Source: an uncultured Coriobacteriia bacterium (lineage in GTDB: Bacteria; Actinomycetota; Coriobacteriia; Anaerosomatales; PALSA-660). From it: DNA of 64,000 nt. Each line of letters starts with the position of its first letter. Positions within the stretch are counted from its first letter, which is position 1. Made by a program: the position numbers and the translations under genes. The notes below the pieces were generated by a model. That model was given only the letters and a program-made list of their open reading frames with translations, did not search any database and was not told the origin of the DNA. Location: the NCBI GenBank assembly GCA_963701985.1, contig OY969691.1, positions 1,219,088 through 1,283,087 of the forward strand. Direction: 5' to 3'. Positions 9,417 to 18,399 of the stretch are shown piece after piece.

Positions 9417-10253
9417 ATGGCCACGCCGTACGATCACTCATCCGCGTATCACCACATCCATGTCGACGACGATGGCGGCTCCCGCGTCCTGCGCTTCGAG
9501 CACAACCACCAGTCGTCGATGCGGCTCGACGACCCGTTCGCGACCGACATCCTCTACATCGCGTACCTCCATCTCACGCTCGCCGTGGCGCCGCTGGCGA
9601 CGCGGACACTCGTGATCGGGCTCGGCGGCGGGTCGGTCGTGAAGCAGATGTGGCGCGACTACCCCGGCATGCGGCTCGACGTCGTCGAGATCGACCCGGA
9701 GATCGTCGAGGTCGCGCGCCGCTACTTCGCGCTGCCCGACGACGAGCGCATCCGCGTGATCGTCGGGGACGGGCGCGAGTTCGTCCGGATGGCCTCCGGC
9801 ACCTACGACATCGTCATCGTGGACGCGTTCGACGACGACCACGTCCCGCGGCCGCTGCTGAGCGAGGACTTCATGCGCGACGTCCGGGACCGGCTCGCTC
9901 CGGGCGGCGTCGTCGCGTGGAACGTCCTCGGCTACCTGAGCGGGCCGCGCAGCAGACCGTTCCGGAGTCTGCACCGCACCGCCGAGAACGTCTTCCGCAA
10001 CGTGTGGACCTTCCCCGTCGGCACGTGGGACGACCTCGTGGAGGTCGAGCACAACATCGTCGTACTGGGCTCCGACGCGGAGGTCTCCGACGACGAGCTC
10101 ATCGAGCGCATCATCGACGGCGCGGGCGGCGTGGTGCGCTCCGCGGGGTTCGACCTGCTCGCGGACGAGATGTACCGCGGGCGCGTCAGGGGCGGAGACG
10201 TTCCGCTGATCGTCGAGTCTCCGCGGCGCGAACGCGGGCGGCGCCGGCGCTGA
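9417..10253 (+). CDS. spermidine-synthase-like SAM-dependent transferase
   Basis: 278 aa with LVIGLGGGSVV (SAM glycine loop), VVEIDPEIVEVARRYF, and YDIVIVDAFDDDHVPRPLLSEDF. Confidence 0.7.
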   Translation: MATPYDHSSAYHHIHVDDDGGSRVLRFEHNHQSSMRLDDPFATDILYIAYLHLTLAVAPLATRTLVIGLGGGSVVKQMWRDYPGMRLDVVEIDPEIVEVARRYFALPDDERIRVIVGDGREFVRMASGTYDIVIVDAFDDDHVPRPLLSEDFMRDVRDRLAPGGVVAWNVLGYLSGPRSRPFRSLHRTAENVFRNVWTFPVGTWDDLVEVEHNIVVLGSDAEVSDDELIERIIDGAGGVVRSAGFDLLADEMYRGRVRGGDVPLIVESPRRERGRRRR

Positions 10254-10391
10254 CGCCGTGCTCGCGACCCGTCGCGCCACCACGCCGCTCCCGCGACCGC
10301 TCCGTCCATCTCATCCGTTCTCGGGTGGCACGCGTTCGCCGCGGGGTAGGAACGACCCCGTACGGCATGCCACGGGAGACGGGAGAAGGAC

Positions 10392-11207
10392 ATGGCCACT
10401 TCCACGATGACGAACACGGCGCCCGCCGTGCGGACGAAGCGAGGCGAGCTCATGTGGGCCGACCTCGCGGCCACGGACTTGGAACGCCAGACGGCCTTCT
10501 ACGAGGGACTGTTCGGCTGGACGCACACCGACATGGCGACCGCTCCGGGACAGCCGGCGTACCGCTTCTTCATGCTCGGCGGATCGATGGTCGCGGGCGC
10601 CTCGCCGAGGGACCCGCGGCTCGACCCGGACATCCCCAGCATGTGGAGCGTGTACTTCGCGGCGGACGACGCTGAGGAAATGGCGCGCACGGCCACCGGG
10701 CTGGGCGGCGGCGTCGCCGTCCCGGCCAGGGACGTGATGGACCAAGGCCGCATCGTGGGCATCAAGGACCCGTCCGGCGCCACGTTCTTCCTCTGGCAGG
10801 GGAAGGAACGCGCCGGGGCGCAGGTCTTCGGCCAGCCCGGCTCGATCGCGTGGGCGGACCTCTCCTCGCGTGACCCCGAGGCGGTCGCTCCGTTCTACCA
10901 GAAGGTCGTCGGTTGGGAGATCGAGCGCTACGAGTCCGGCTCGATGCCCTACTGGATGGCGAAGATCGGCGGGCAGGGCGAGGCCGGCATCATGCCGATG
11001 GCTCCGGACATGCCGGAGAGCGCGCCATCGAGCTGGCTCGTCTACTTCGGTGTCGAGGACGCTGCAAGAGCGACCGACAAAGCGCTATCGTTGGGAGCGA
11101 AGCCGCTCATGGACGCGCCCATGGACGTGGGCACGACCATCTTCGACATCCTGCAGGACCCGGCCGGAGCGGTGTTCGCGATCATGACCCCGGTCCGCGA
11201 GATGTAG
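10392..11207 (+). CDS. two-domain VOC (glyoxalase/bleomycin-resistance/dioxygenase) family protein
   Basis: 271 aa with a duplicated module (WADLAATDLERQTAFYEGLFGW and WADLSSRDPEAVAPFYQKVVGW), each followed by ..DPSGATFFLWQ / ..DPAGAVFAIM. Confidence 0.75.
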   Translation: MATSTMTNTAPAVRTKRGELMWADLAATDLERQTAFYEGLFGWTHTDMATAPGQPAYRFFMLGGSMVAGASPRDPRLDPDIPSMWSVYFAADDAEEMARTATGLGGGVAVPARDVMDQGRIVGIKDPSGATFFLWQGKERAGAQVFGQPGSIAWADLSSRDPEAVAPFYQKVVGWEIERYESGSMPYWMAKIGGQGEAGIMPMAPDMPESAPSSWLVYFGVEDAARATDKALSLGAKPLMDAPMDVGTTIFDILQDPAGAVFAIMTPVREM

Positions 11208-11296
11208 CAGCCACCGCATCGGGAGCGGCCGCGAGCGTCAGCGCGCCGCTCCCACGTGGTGTGCGACCTTCGAGCCGTTCCTTACAGGGAGGGACG

Positions 11297-12613
11297 ATGA
11301 GCCAGACGTCGCTGGGTGAACGCGAGGCACGGGTGGTACGTGACGACACCATGGCGGTGCTCACGCAGATCCTGGGACCGGAGGAGCGCTGGCCGGTCGC
11401 CGTCCGCCTGCCGGACGGCACGGAGCACGGCCCCGCGGCGGCCGACGCGACGGTCGTGCTGCCTCATGCATGGTCGCTGCGCAGCCTGCTGTGGCCGCCG
11501 ACCGAGGTGAACGCCGGAGAGGCGTACATCTTCGGGGACGTCGACCTCGTCGGGAACATGGAACGCATGTTCGACGCGCTGGACAGCCTCGCCGATCTCG
11601 AATGGAAGCGCCCGGCGTTCTTCGCGCGACTCGCGGCGAGGCTTCTCGCCCTGCCGGCGCCGCCCTCGTCGCACGACCGCGGCCGCGCTGCGGACCCGCA
11701 CGGCATCCTTCATTCGCGCCAGCGCGACCGCGCGGCGGTCCGTTACCACTACGATGTCTCGAACACCTTCTACGGCATGTGGCTCGACCAGCGGATGCAG
11801 TACTCGTGCGGGTACTTCCGCTCACCCGGCGACACCTTGGACGCGGCGCAGACCGCCAAGCTCGAGCACATCTGCCGGAAGCTCCGGCTCAAGGCGGGGG
11901 ACCGTCTCCTCGACATCGGATGCGGATGGGGTGGCCTGCTGGAGTACGCGGCCAGCCACCACGGCGCCCGGGGGCTCGGCGTGACGCTGTCGGAGCCGCA
12001 GGCCGCCCTCGCCAACGAGCGGCTCGCCCGCGCGGGCGTGGCCGATCGGGCACGCGCCGAAGTCCGCGACTACCGGGAGGTGTCCGGCACCTTCGACAAG
12101 ATCGTGAGCGTCGGGATGGTCGAGCACGTGGGCGAATCCAAACTGCGAGAGTACTTCGGCAAGGCGATGAGCGTGCTCGAACCGGGCGGCCTCTTCCTCA
12201 ACCACGGCATCACGACCGAGCAGTCCCAGCAGCCGTCACCGGGGAGGAACAGCTTCGTCGCGCGTTACGTGTTCCCCGACGGCGAGCTGCAGACGGTCTC
12301 CACGGTCCTGAAGGCGGCCGAGCGCGAGGGCTTCGAGATCCGCGACGTGGAGAGCCTCCGGGAACACTACGCGCGCACCCTGCGTCACTGGGTGGCGAAC
12401 CTCGAGGCGCATCACGATGAGGTCGTGGCGGAGACCGATGAGGTCACGTATCGGATCTGGCGGCTGTACATGAGCGGTTCCGCGCACAACTTCGACGCGG
12501 GCCGCCTCAGCCTGTTCCAGTCGCTGCTCGTGAAGCCGAACGGCGGCCCCGCGCCGTTGCCTCCGACGCGCGAAGACCTGTACGCCGACGCGGGCATGGA
12601 GCGCCCGGCCTGA
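11297..12613 (+). CDS. cyclopropane-fatty-acyl-phospholipid-synthase-family SAM methyltransferase
   Basis: ATG at 11297 lies after GGGAGGGA. Motifs: HYDVSNTFYGMWLDQRMQYSCGYF, SAM motif LLDIGCGWGGL, SVGMVEHVG, LRHWVANLE. Confidence 0.85.
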   Translation: MSQTSLGEREARVVRDDTMAVLTQILGPEERWPVAVRLPDGTEHGPAAADATVVLPHAWSLRSLLWPPTEVNAGEAYIFGDVDLVGNMERMFDALDSLADLEWKRPAFFARLAARLLALPAPPSSHDRGRAADPHGILHSRQRDRAAVRYHYDVSNTFYGMWLDQRMQYSCGYFRSPGDTLDAAQTAKLEHICRKLRLKAGDRLLDIGCGWGGLLEYAASHHGARGLGVTLSEPQAALANERLARAGVADRARAEVRDYREVSGTFDKIVSVGMVEHVGESKLREYFGKAMSVLEPGGLFLNHGITTEQSQQPSPGRNSFVARYVFPDGELQTVSTVLKAAEREGFEIRDVESLREHYARTLRHWVANLEAHHDEVVAETDEVTYRIWRLYMSGSAHNFDAGRLSLFQSLLVKPNGGPAPLPPTREDLYADAGMERPA

Positions 12614-12664
12614 TCCGCGCCGGCGCGGCCCGACCGAGGATCGTCCGCGCCGCGCCGGCGCGGA
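12614..12664 (+). terminator. 15-nt perfect inverted repeat (tccgcgccggcgcgg / ccgcgccggcgcgga), putative terminator or attenuator
   Basis: Arms at 12614-12628 and 12650-12664 with a 21-nt spacer. Starts 1 nt after the methyltransferase stop and ends 23 nt before the next start. No U-tract. Confidence 0.35.
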
Positions 12665-12687
12665 CGCGTGAGCGGGAGGAACCGGCC

Positions 12688-13512
12688 ATGACCGCCGACA
12701 CCGCGACCGATGTCGTGACACGGCTCGACGTCCCATACGGGGAGGACGCCGACGATCGCTCGCGCACGCTCGACGTGGTGGCGCGGAAGGACGCCGAGGG
12801 CGTGCCGGTGCTCGTGTTCGCGCACGGCGGAGGCTGGCTCTCCGGAGACAAGTCGCAGGCGTGGCAGCCGTCGGGCGGTCTCGGCGGCGCGCTCGTGAGA
12901 CGCGGTATCGCCGTGGTGAGCGCGAACTACCGCCTCGTCCGCAGGCGCTGGCGCGAGCAGGCCGCCGACCTCGCCGCCGCCGTCGCCTGGACGCTCGCGC
13001 ATGCGGCGGAGTTCGGTGGCGATCCGCTCGAGGTCCATCTGGGCGGCCATTCCGCGGGCGCCCACCTCGCGGCTCTCGTCGCCCTCGACCCCTCGTTCCT
13101 CGCGGCGCACTCCCTGCAGCCCACCGAGCTGGCGGGCGTCATATGCATCGCCGGCCTGTACGACCTCGGCGCGTTCAAGGACGCGGCGCTGGCCCGCTAC
13201 GACGAGATCTGCTCCCAGGTCATCCAGCCGGTGTTCGGCGCGCCCTCGGACGTCTGGGCCGAGGCCTCGCCGATCGCCTACGCCGGCCGCGCGCCCGCGC
13301 CACCGTTCCTGCTGATCGCCGGGGATGTCGACCCGCTCGACCGCCAGATCGCCCCCTTCGAGGAGCGGCTCGCCGTCTTCGGGATCGACATCGAGAGCGT
13401 GATCGTCCCCGGTGCCGACCATACCGGGATCATCGGGCGCCCCAGCGGCGCGAACCCCGTGACGGTCCGCCGCATCGCACGGTTCGTGGAGGCCGCCCGC
13501 GCCAGAGCATGA
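12688..13512 (+). CDS. alpha/beta hydrolase (esterase/lipase HGGG type)
   Basis: 274 aa with oxyanion motif FAHGGGWLSG and nucleophile elbow LGGHSAGAHL. A C-terminal His lies in GADHTGI. Confidence 0.8.
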   Translation: MTADTATDVVTRLDVPYGEDADDRSRTLDVVARKDAEGVPVLVFAHGGGWLSGDKSQAWQPSGGLGGALVRRGIAVVSANYRLVRRRWREQAADLAAAVAWTLAHAAEFGGDPLEVHLGGHSAGAHLAALVALDPSFLAAHSLQPTELAGVICIAGLYDLGAFKDAALARYDEICSQVIQPVFGAPSDVWAEASPIAYAGRAPAPPFLLIAGDVDPLDRQIAPFEERLAVFGIDIESVIVPGADHTGIIGRPSGANPVTVRRIARFVEAARARA

Positions 13513-13642
13513 GACGGCCGTCTCCTCGCGTCGCCGGTGACGCCGCCACCCCGTGGCGCCGCCGGTGTCGCCGCCCTGCCGCGAAGCCGGTTCCGCGCGC
13601 GGGTATGTAGAGAGGGCGCACCCGAGGTGAAGGGAGCCGGCC

Positions 13643-14044
13643 GTGCCCGAGGTGGAGACCTCACCGCTCTACGCCGCCCGCATCTACACCGTCCTGCCGG
13701 CGGAGGATAGCGGTCGCGCGCTGCACTTCTGGCGCGACACCGTCGGGCTGCGCGTGAGGGAGTACGAGGAGCAGCCGGGATACTTCTCCGCCTACGCGGG
13801 CGACGGTACCGAGATCCTCGTCTATCAGCGCGAGCGCACGAAGGCCGAACACACGGTCGCGGGCTTCCGCGTCCACGACATCCACGAGGCTGTCGAGTGG
13901 CTCCGCGAGCGTGGGGTCGTGTTCCAGACCTACGACGTCCCTGGCGTCACCATGCGGGACTTCATCGCGGACAACGGCCCGGTGTGGTCGGCTTGGTTCC
14001 TCGACACCGAAGGCAACATCATCGGAGTGACCCAGGAGAAGTGA
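13643..14044 (+). CDS. VOC/glyoxalase-family protein (single module pair)
   Basis: 133 aa with ALHFWRDTVGLRV and ..SAWFLDTEGNIIGVTQ. Confidence 0.75.
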   Translation: MPEVETSPLYAARIYTVLPAEDSGRALHFWRDTVGLRVREYEEQPGYFSAYAGDGTEILVYQRERTKAEHTVAGFRVHDIHEAVEWLRERGVVFQTYDVPGVTMRDFIADNGPVWSAWFLDTEGNIIGVTQEK

Positions 14045-14102
14045 TCGGGACCTGCACGCCGTCCGGACGCACGGGCGATCCACCCAAGGAGGAGCGACAA
14101 CG

Positions 14103-14966
14103 ATGGCCGCGATCGACAGGAGCCAACTCACCATCCTCGTGACCGGCGGAACGGGTCATCAGGGAGGCGCCGCCGCCAGGCACCTGCTCCAGGACGGCTG
14201 GAGGGTGCGCGCCTTGGTGCGCGACCCTCGCAAGCCGGCCGCGCGAGACCTCGCCGGAGCGGGGGCCGAACTGGTCGTGGGCGACCTCCTCGATCGTCCC
14301 TCGATCGACGCGGCCGTGGACGGCTGCCACGGCGTCTACAGCGTCGAGACGTTCCGCGAGGTGGGCGCCGACGGCGAGGTCAGGGAGGGATTCAACGTCG
14401 CGGACGCCGCCTATGAGGCGGGCGTCGCGCACTTCGTGTACAGCTCGGTCATCGGCGCCGACCGTGACGACGGGCCGGCGTGGATGCAGTCCAAGCACCG
14501 CATCGAGCACCACATCGGCGACCTCGGGCTGCCCGCGACGATATGGCGGCCCGCCACGTTCATGGAGAACTGGCTCCGGCAGAAGGACGACATACTGGCG
14601 GGGCACCTGCAAGGTCCCCAAGACCCCGACGAGCAGCACCAGTACATCGCGGTCGACGACATCGGGCGCTTCGTCGCACTCGCCTTCGCGGAGCACGACC
14701 GCTTCATCGGCGTCACACGCGAGATCGCGGGCGACGAGACCACGCCGAGCAAGGTCGCGGAGATCTTCTCGCTTGTGCTGGACAGACCGGTGACGTACGA
14801 GAAGACCGAGCCGCCCACGACCGTGCTGCCGGTGGCGAGGCCGCCGGTATCGCCGCTCCCGCCGCGACGCGCGGACATAGAGTCGCTGCGGCAGCTCATC
14901 CCCGACCTGGTCACGATCGAGCGATGGATACGGGCTCGCGACTGGTCGCCGGTGGCGGTGCGCTGA
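14103..14966 (+). CDS. NmrA-family NAD(P)-binding protein
   Basis: 287 aa with Rossmann motif ILVTGGTGHQGGAAARHL and typical NmrA spacing (FVYSSV.., WRPATFMEN). Confidence 0.85.
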   Translation: MAAIDRSQLTILVTGGTGHQGGAAARHLLQDGWRVRALVRDPRKPAARDLAGAGAELVVGDLLDRPSIDAAVDGCHGVYSVETFREVGADGEVREGFNVADAAYEAGVAHFVYSSVIGADRDDGPAWMQSKHRIEHHIGDLGLPATIWRPATFMENWLRQKDDILAGHLQGPQDPDEQHQYIAVDDIGRFVALAFAEHDRFIGVTREIAGDETTPSKVAEIFSLVLDRPVTYEKTEPPTTVLPVARPPVSPLPPRRADIESLRQLIPDLVTIERWIRARDWSPVAVR

Positions 14967-14988
14967 GACACCGCGCCACGGGACAGAA

Positions 14989-15018
14989 GGAGGGCCACCT
15001 CATGTGAGGTGGCCCTCC
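14989..15018. terminator. perfect 14-nt palindromic hairpin (ggagggccacctca tg tgaggtggccctcc)
   Basis: Read directly from the sequence. Lies 23 nt after the NmrA stop in a convergent gap. No U-tract. Confidence 0.5.
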
Positions 15019-15269
15019 GCATCGCTGCCGAACAGCGACGTGACGTCCATCACGTGGAGCCGATGAATCGCCCGGGTTCACGTCACCCGGGCGTCGCCGT
15101 CCTAGGAGGCCGGCTTCTCCGCGCACGGAGCAACGGACCGGACCAGCGCAGCGATGTCAGGTCTACACATCTGCTGGATCACCTCCCCTGTCGGCGGGTC
15201 GCCGGAGTGCGCCCTCGGGAATCCCCGTGCCGACCTGCGCAGCAAGAGTCCGGCCAACCTCGGCCGGCG

Positions 15270-16133
15270 CTAGCGCAACGTGCCGCCGATGTCGGGATGC
15301 CTGCCGACCCGGTCGCCGGTGTCGAGCGCGTCGATGGCGGCCATCTCGTCCTCGCCGAGCGTGAAGTCGAACACGTCCGCGTTCTCCGCGATGCGCTCGT
15401 CGTGGACCGACTTCGGGATCGTCACCACGCCGTGCTGCAGGATCCAGCGGATGCTCACCTGCGCGGGCGTCTTGCCGTGGCGTCGAGCGATCCTGACGAT
15501 CTCGGGGATCTCGGCGACGCGACCGCGCATGAGCGGCGCCCACGCCTGCATGGTGATGTGCTCGCGGAAGAGCAGGTCGCGGAGCTCCGGCTGCTGCAGC
15601 CGAGGGTGATGCTCGACCTGATCCACCGCGGGCGGCACGTGCGCGAACGACAGCAGGTCCACGATGTTGCCGGTGAGGAAATTGCACACGCCGATGGCAC
15701 GGGTCAGGCCCTGGACCTGCAGTTCTTCCATCGCGCGCCACGTCTGACGAGTGAGCTGGGCCACCGGCCAATGGATGAGATACAGGTCGACGTGGTCGAG
15801 CCCGAGACGTGACAGGCTGCGTTCGCACGCGGCCAGCGTGCCCTCGTACCCCTGCTCGTCGTTCCAGACTTTGGTGGCGACGAAGACGTCGTCCCGCGGC
15901 AGGCCGCTGGCCACGATCGCGCGGCCGACGCTCTCCTCGTTACCGTACATCGAGGCCGTGTCGACACCCCGGTAGCCGATGCTGAGCGCGTACTCCACCT
16001 CGTGCTGCGTCTCCTCGCCCGCCCGAGAGCGGAACGTCCCGATGCCGAGGCGCGGCATCGGGACGCCGGGGGCGATCTCCACCCGGTCTTCGAGCGAGTG
16101 CAGCTCGAGGTGCGTTCTCGTCGCCTGTGCCAT
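15270..16133 (-). CDS. aldo/keto reductase (2,5-diketo-D-gluconate-reductase-like)
   Basis: 287 aa with MPRLGIGTF, GYRGVDTASMYGNE, LDHVDLYLIHWP, AIGVCNF, VTIPKSVHDERIAEN. Confidence 0.9.
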   Translation of the reverse strand: MAQATRTHLELHSLEDRVEIAPGVPMPRLGIGTFRSRAGEETQHEVEYALSIGYRGVDTASMYGNEESVGRAIVASGLPRDDVFVATKVWNDEQGYEGTLAACERSLSRLGLDHVDLYLIHWPVAQLTRQTWRAMEELQVQGLTRAIGVCNFLTGNIVDLLSFAHVPPAVDQVEHHPRLQQPELRDLLFREHITMQAWAPLMRGRVAEIPEIVRIARRHGKTPAQVSIRWILQHGVVTIPKSVHDERIAENADVFDFTLGEDEMAAIDALDTGDRVGRHPDIGGTLR

Positions 16134-16134
16134 G

Positions 16135-16977
16135 TCACGCCGCCCCCTGAGTGCCGCTCCGGTCGAGAGAGTCGATCATCGACATCTCGGCGTCGGTCAG
16201 TTCGAAACCGAAGATGTCGGCGTTCTCCGCGATGCGCTCGCGGTGCACCGACTTCGGGATCGTGGTCATGCCCTGCTGCAGTATCCAGCGCAGCGTCACC
16301 TGCGCCGCGGTCTTGCCGTGGCGCCGGCCGATCGCCGCCAGCTCGGGGATCCGCGTCACCCCGCCGCGCATGAGCGGGGCCCAGGCCTGCGCGGTGATCC
16401 CGGCCGCGGCGCAGTGGTCGCGCAGCGCGCGCCGCGCATAGCCCGGGTGGTACTCGAACTGGTCGACCGCCGGCGGGACGCGAGCGAAGGACCGCAGGTC
16501 CTCCAGGTCGGCGATCCCGAAGTTGCACACGCCGATCGCACGCACCCGACCGGACGCCCGGAGCTCCTCCATGGCCCGCCACGTCTCGCGGGTCAGATCC
16601 CCGCGCGGCCAATGGATGAGGTAGAGGTCGACGTAGTCGAGGCCGAGCCGGCTCAGGCTGTGATCGCAGGCGGTGAGCGTCGCTCGATACCCCTGATCGG
16701 AGTTCGCCACCTTCGTCGCTACGAACACCTCCTCGCGCGGAACGCCGCTCGCGCGGATCCCCGCGCCCACGCCCGCCTCGTTGTCGTACATCGCCGCGGT
16801 GTCGACGCCGCGGTAGCCGATGCTGAAGCCGAAGGCGATCTCGTCCTCGACGGCGCCGCCCTCGTCCGAGCGCGAGGTGCCCAGCCCGAGCCGAGGCATC
16901 GCGACGCCCGGAGCTATCTCGACCCGCTCCATGATGGAGCGCGGTCCCGCGCGGAGATCGGTGCGAACGGGGGACAT
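16135..16977 (-). CDS. aldo/keto reductase, tandem paralogue
   Basis: Same motif set (MPRLGLGTS, GYRGVDTAAMYDNE, LDYVDLYLIHWP, AIGVCNF, TTIPKSVHRERIAEN). Start chosen at Met 16977 by alignment to the neighbour. Only 1 nt separates the two genes. Confidence 0.85.
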   Translation of the reverse strand: MSPVRTDLRAGPRSIMERVEIAPGVAMPRLGLGTSRSDEGGAVEDEIAFGFSIGYRGVDTAAMYDNEAGVGAGIRASGVPREEVFVATKVANSDQGYRATLTACDHSLSRLGLDYVDLYLIHWPRGDLTRETWRAMEELRASGRVRAIGVCNFGIADLEDLRSFARVPPAVDQFEYHPGYARRALRDHCAAAGITAQAWAPLMRGGVTRIPELAAIGRRHGKTAAQVTLRWILQQGMTTIPKSVHRERIAENADIFGFELTDAEMSMIDSLDRSGTQGAA

Positions 16978-17154
16978 CCGGCTCACCTCCGCGGGTGTGT
17001 GTACCCGTCGCGCGAGAGGACGGCGCACGCCGGCAGATCGCCGCGGGACCGCCGGTCGTCGGGCACGGCCGTTGCAGTCTCGTGCTAGCATTCACATGTT
17101 CACAAGCTCGCCCCGCCGGACGGACGCGGGGCCCCGTCGACCGAGGGTCAGCCG

Positions 17155-18364
17155 ATGGCACACGTGCGCTCGCTCTTCTTCAAAGGTCCGCTCGCGGACG
17201 TCGAGAACAAGGCCGTCACGGCCTTCAAGCTCGGACGTCCCAGCGACGTCATCTGGAACATCACCAACCGCTGCAACCTGCTCTGCGACCACTGCTACAT
17301 GGCCGCCGACGCTCACTCGCGTCCCGACGAGCTCACCGACGAGGAGGCGATCGCGCTCGTCGACCAGATGGGCGAGCGCGGGCTCCCGGCGCTGTTCCTC
17401 TCCGGCGGCGAGCCGATGATGCGCCGCAACTTCTGGGAGATCCTCGAGCGCGCGCGCAGCTATGGCATCCGCGTGACCGTCTCGACCAACTGCACGCTCA
17501 TGACGCGCGAAGCCGCGCGACGGCTGAAGGCGGATGGCGTCGACTGGATCGCCACCTCGCTGTACGGCCCCGACGAGTTCCACGACGCGATGGTCGGCGT
17601 GCCCGGCACGCGCCGACCGCGTGGTCGAGGCGATCAGGATCCTGCGCGAAGAGGGCGTCGGCGTCGCGATCAAGACCGCGATCAGCCAGGCCACGTGGCC
17701 GTACGTCTACGACCTCATCCAGGAGGCGCGCGACCTCGATTGCGGCCTCATCTACTTCTGCGACCTCATCACCGCCGGGCCGCAGCGAGGGCGAGGACGA
17801 CGGCCGCATCACTCCGGAGCAGTGGCGCGAACTGGCCGACTACATCATCGAGGACCTCGTCGCCGGCCAGCGCGACGGCGCGAAGGGGCTCGAGTGGGAC
17901 ATCGGCGCGATGCCGTCGCTTCATCCCATACGTGGCCGAGCGCTTCATGGAACGCGGCATCGACGTGAGCAACGGCCTCGAACGGCTGAAGACCATCTCC
18001 GCGTGTCCCGGTCGGCAAGGGGCACATGAACATCAACTCCGAGGGCGGCATCATGCCGTGCCAGTTCGCCCAGGACTGGACGATCGGCAGCGTGCGCGAG
18101 ATGACGCTGCAGGAGGCCGTCGGCGAGCTCTACAAACTCGACGTGCAGGAGTCCGAGGGCGTGTGCGCACCCGAGGCGTGCGAGTACTCGCGCATCTGTC
18201 GCGGATGCCGCGCGAAAGCGTGGCAGCGCACCGGCGACCCGATGGCGGAGGACGTGACCTGCCTGCTGCATGCCGGCGAGGACCGTTCCGCGCTCGCCCG
18301 GCGCATCGCCGCCACGCCCGAGTTCGCGCGCTCCGCGCCATGCTCGGCGCCCGGCAGCTGCTAG
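17155..18364 (+). pseudogene. radical SAM/SPASM-domain protein (AhbD/NirJ-like), frameshifted as assembled
   Basis: Fragments: WNITNRCNLLCDHCY (CxxxCxxC), FLSGGEPMMR, then in other frames ADRVVEAIRILREEGVGVAIKT, ITPEQWRELADYIIEDL, and the Cys-rich SPASM end CPVGKGHMNINSEGGIMPCQF...CRGCRAKAW. At least 3 frame changes between ~17.56 and 18.03 kb. Confidence 0.75.
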
Positions 18365-18399
18365 GCTGAGCCGAGGCCGTCGGCCCGTGCCGTTCGCGG

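Noticed and set aside
15019-15269. Possible small gene or gene remnant in the 250-nt gap after the palindrome.
   Set aside because: No frame on either strand gives a start with an RBS and non-shadow composition. It is left unannotated.
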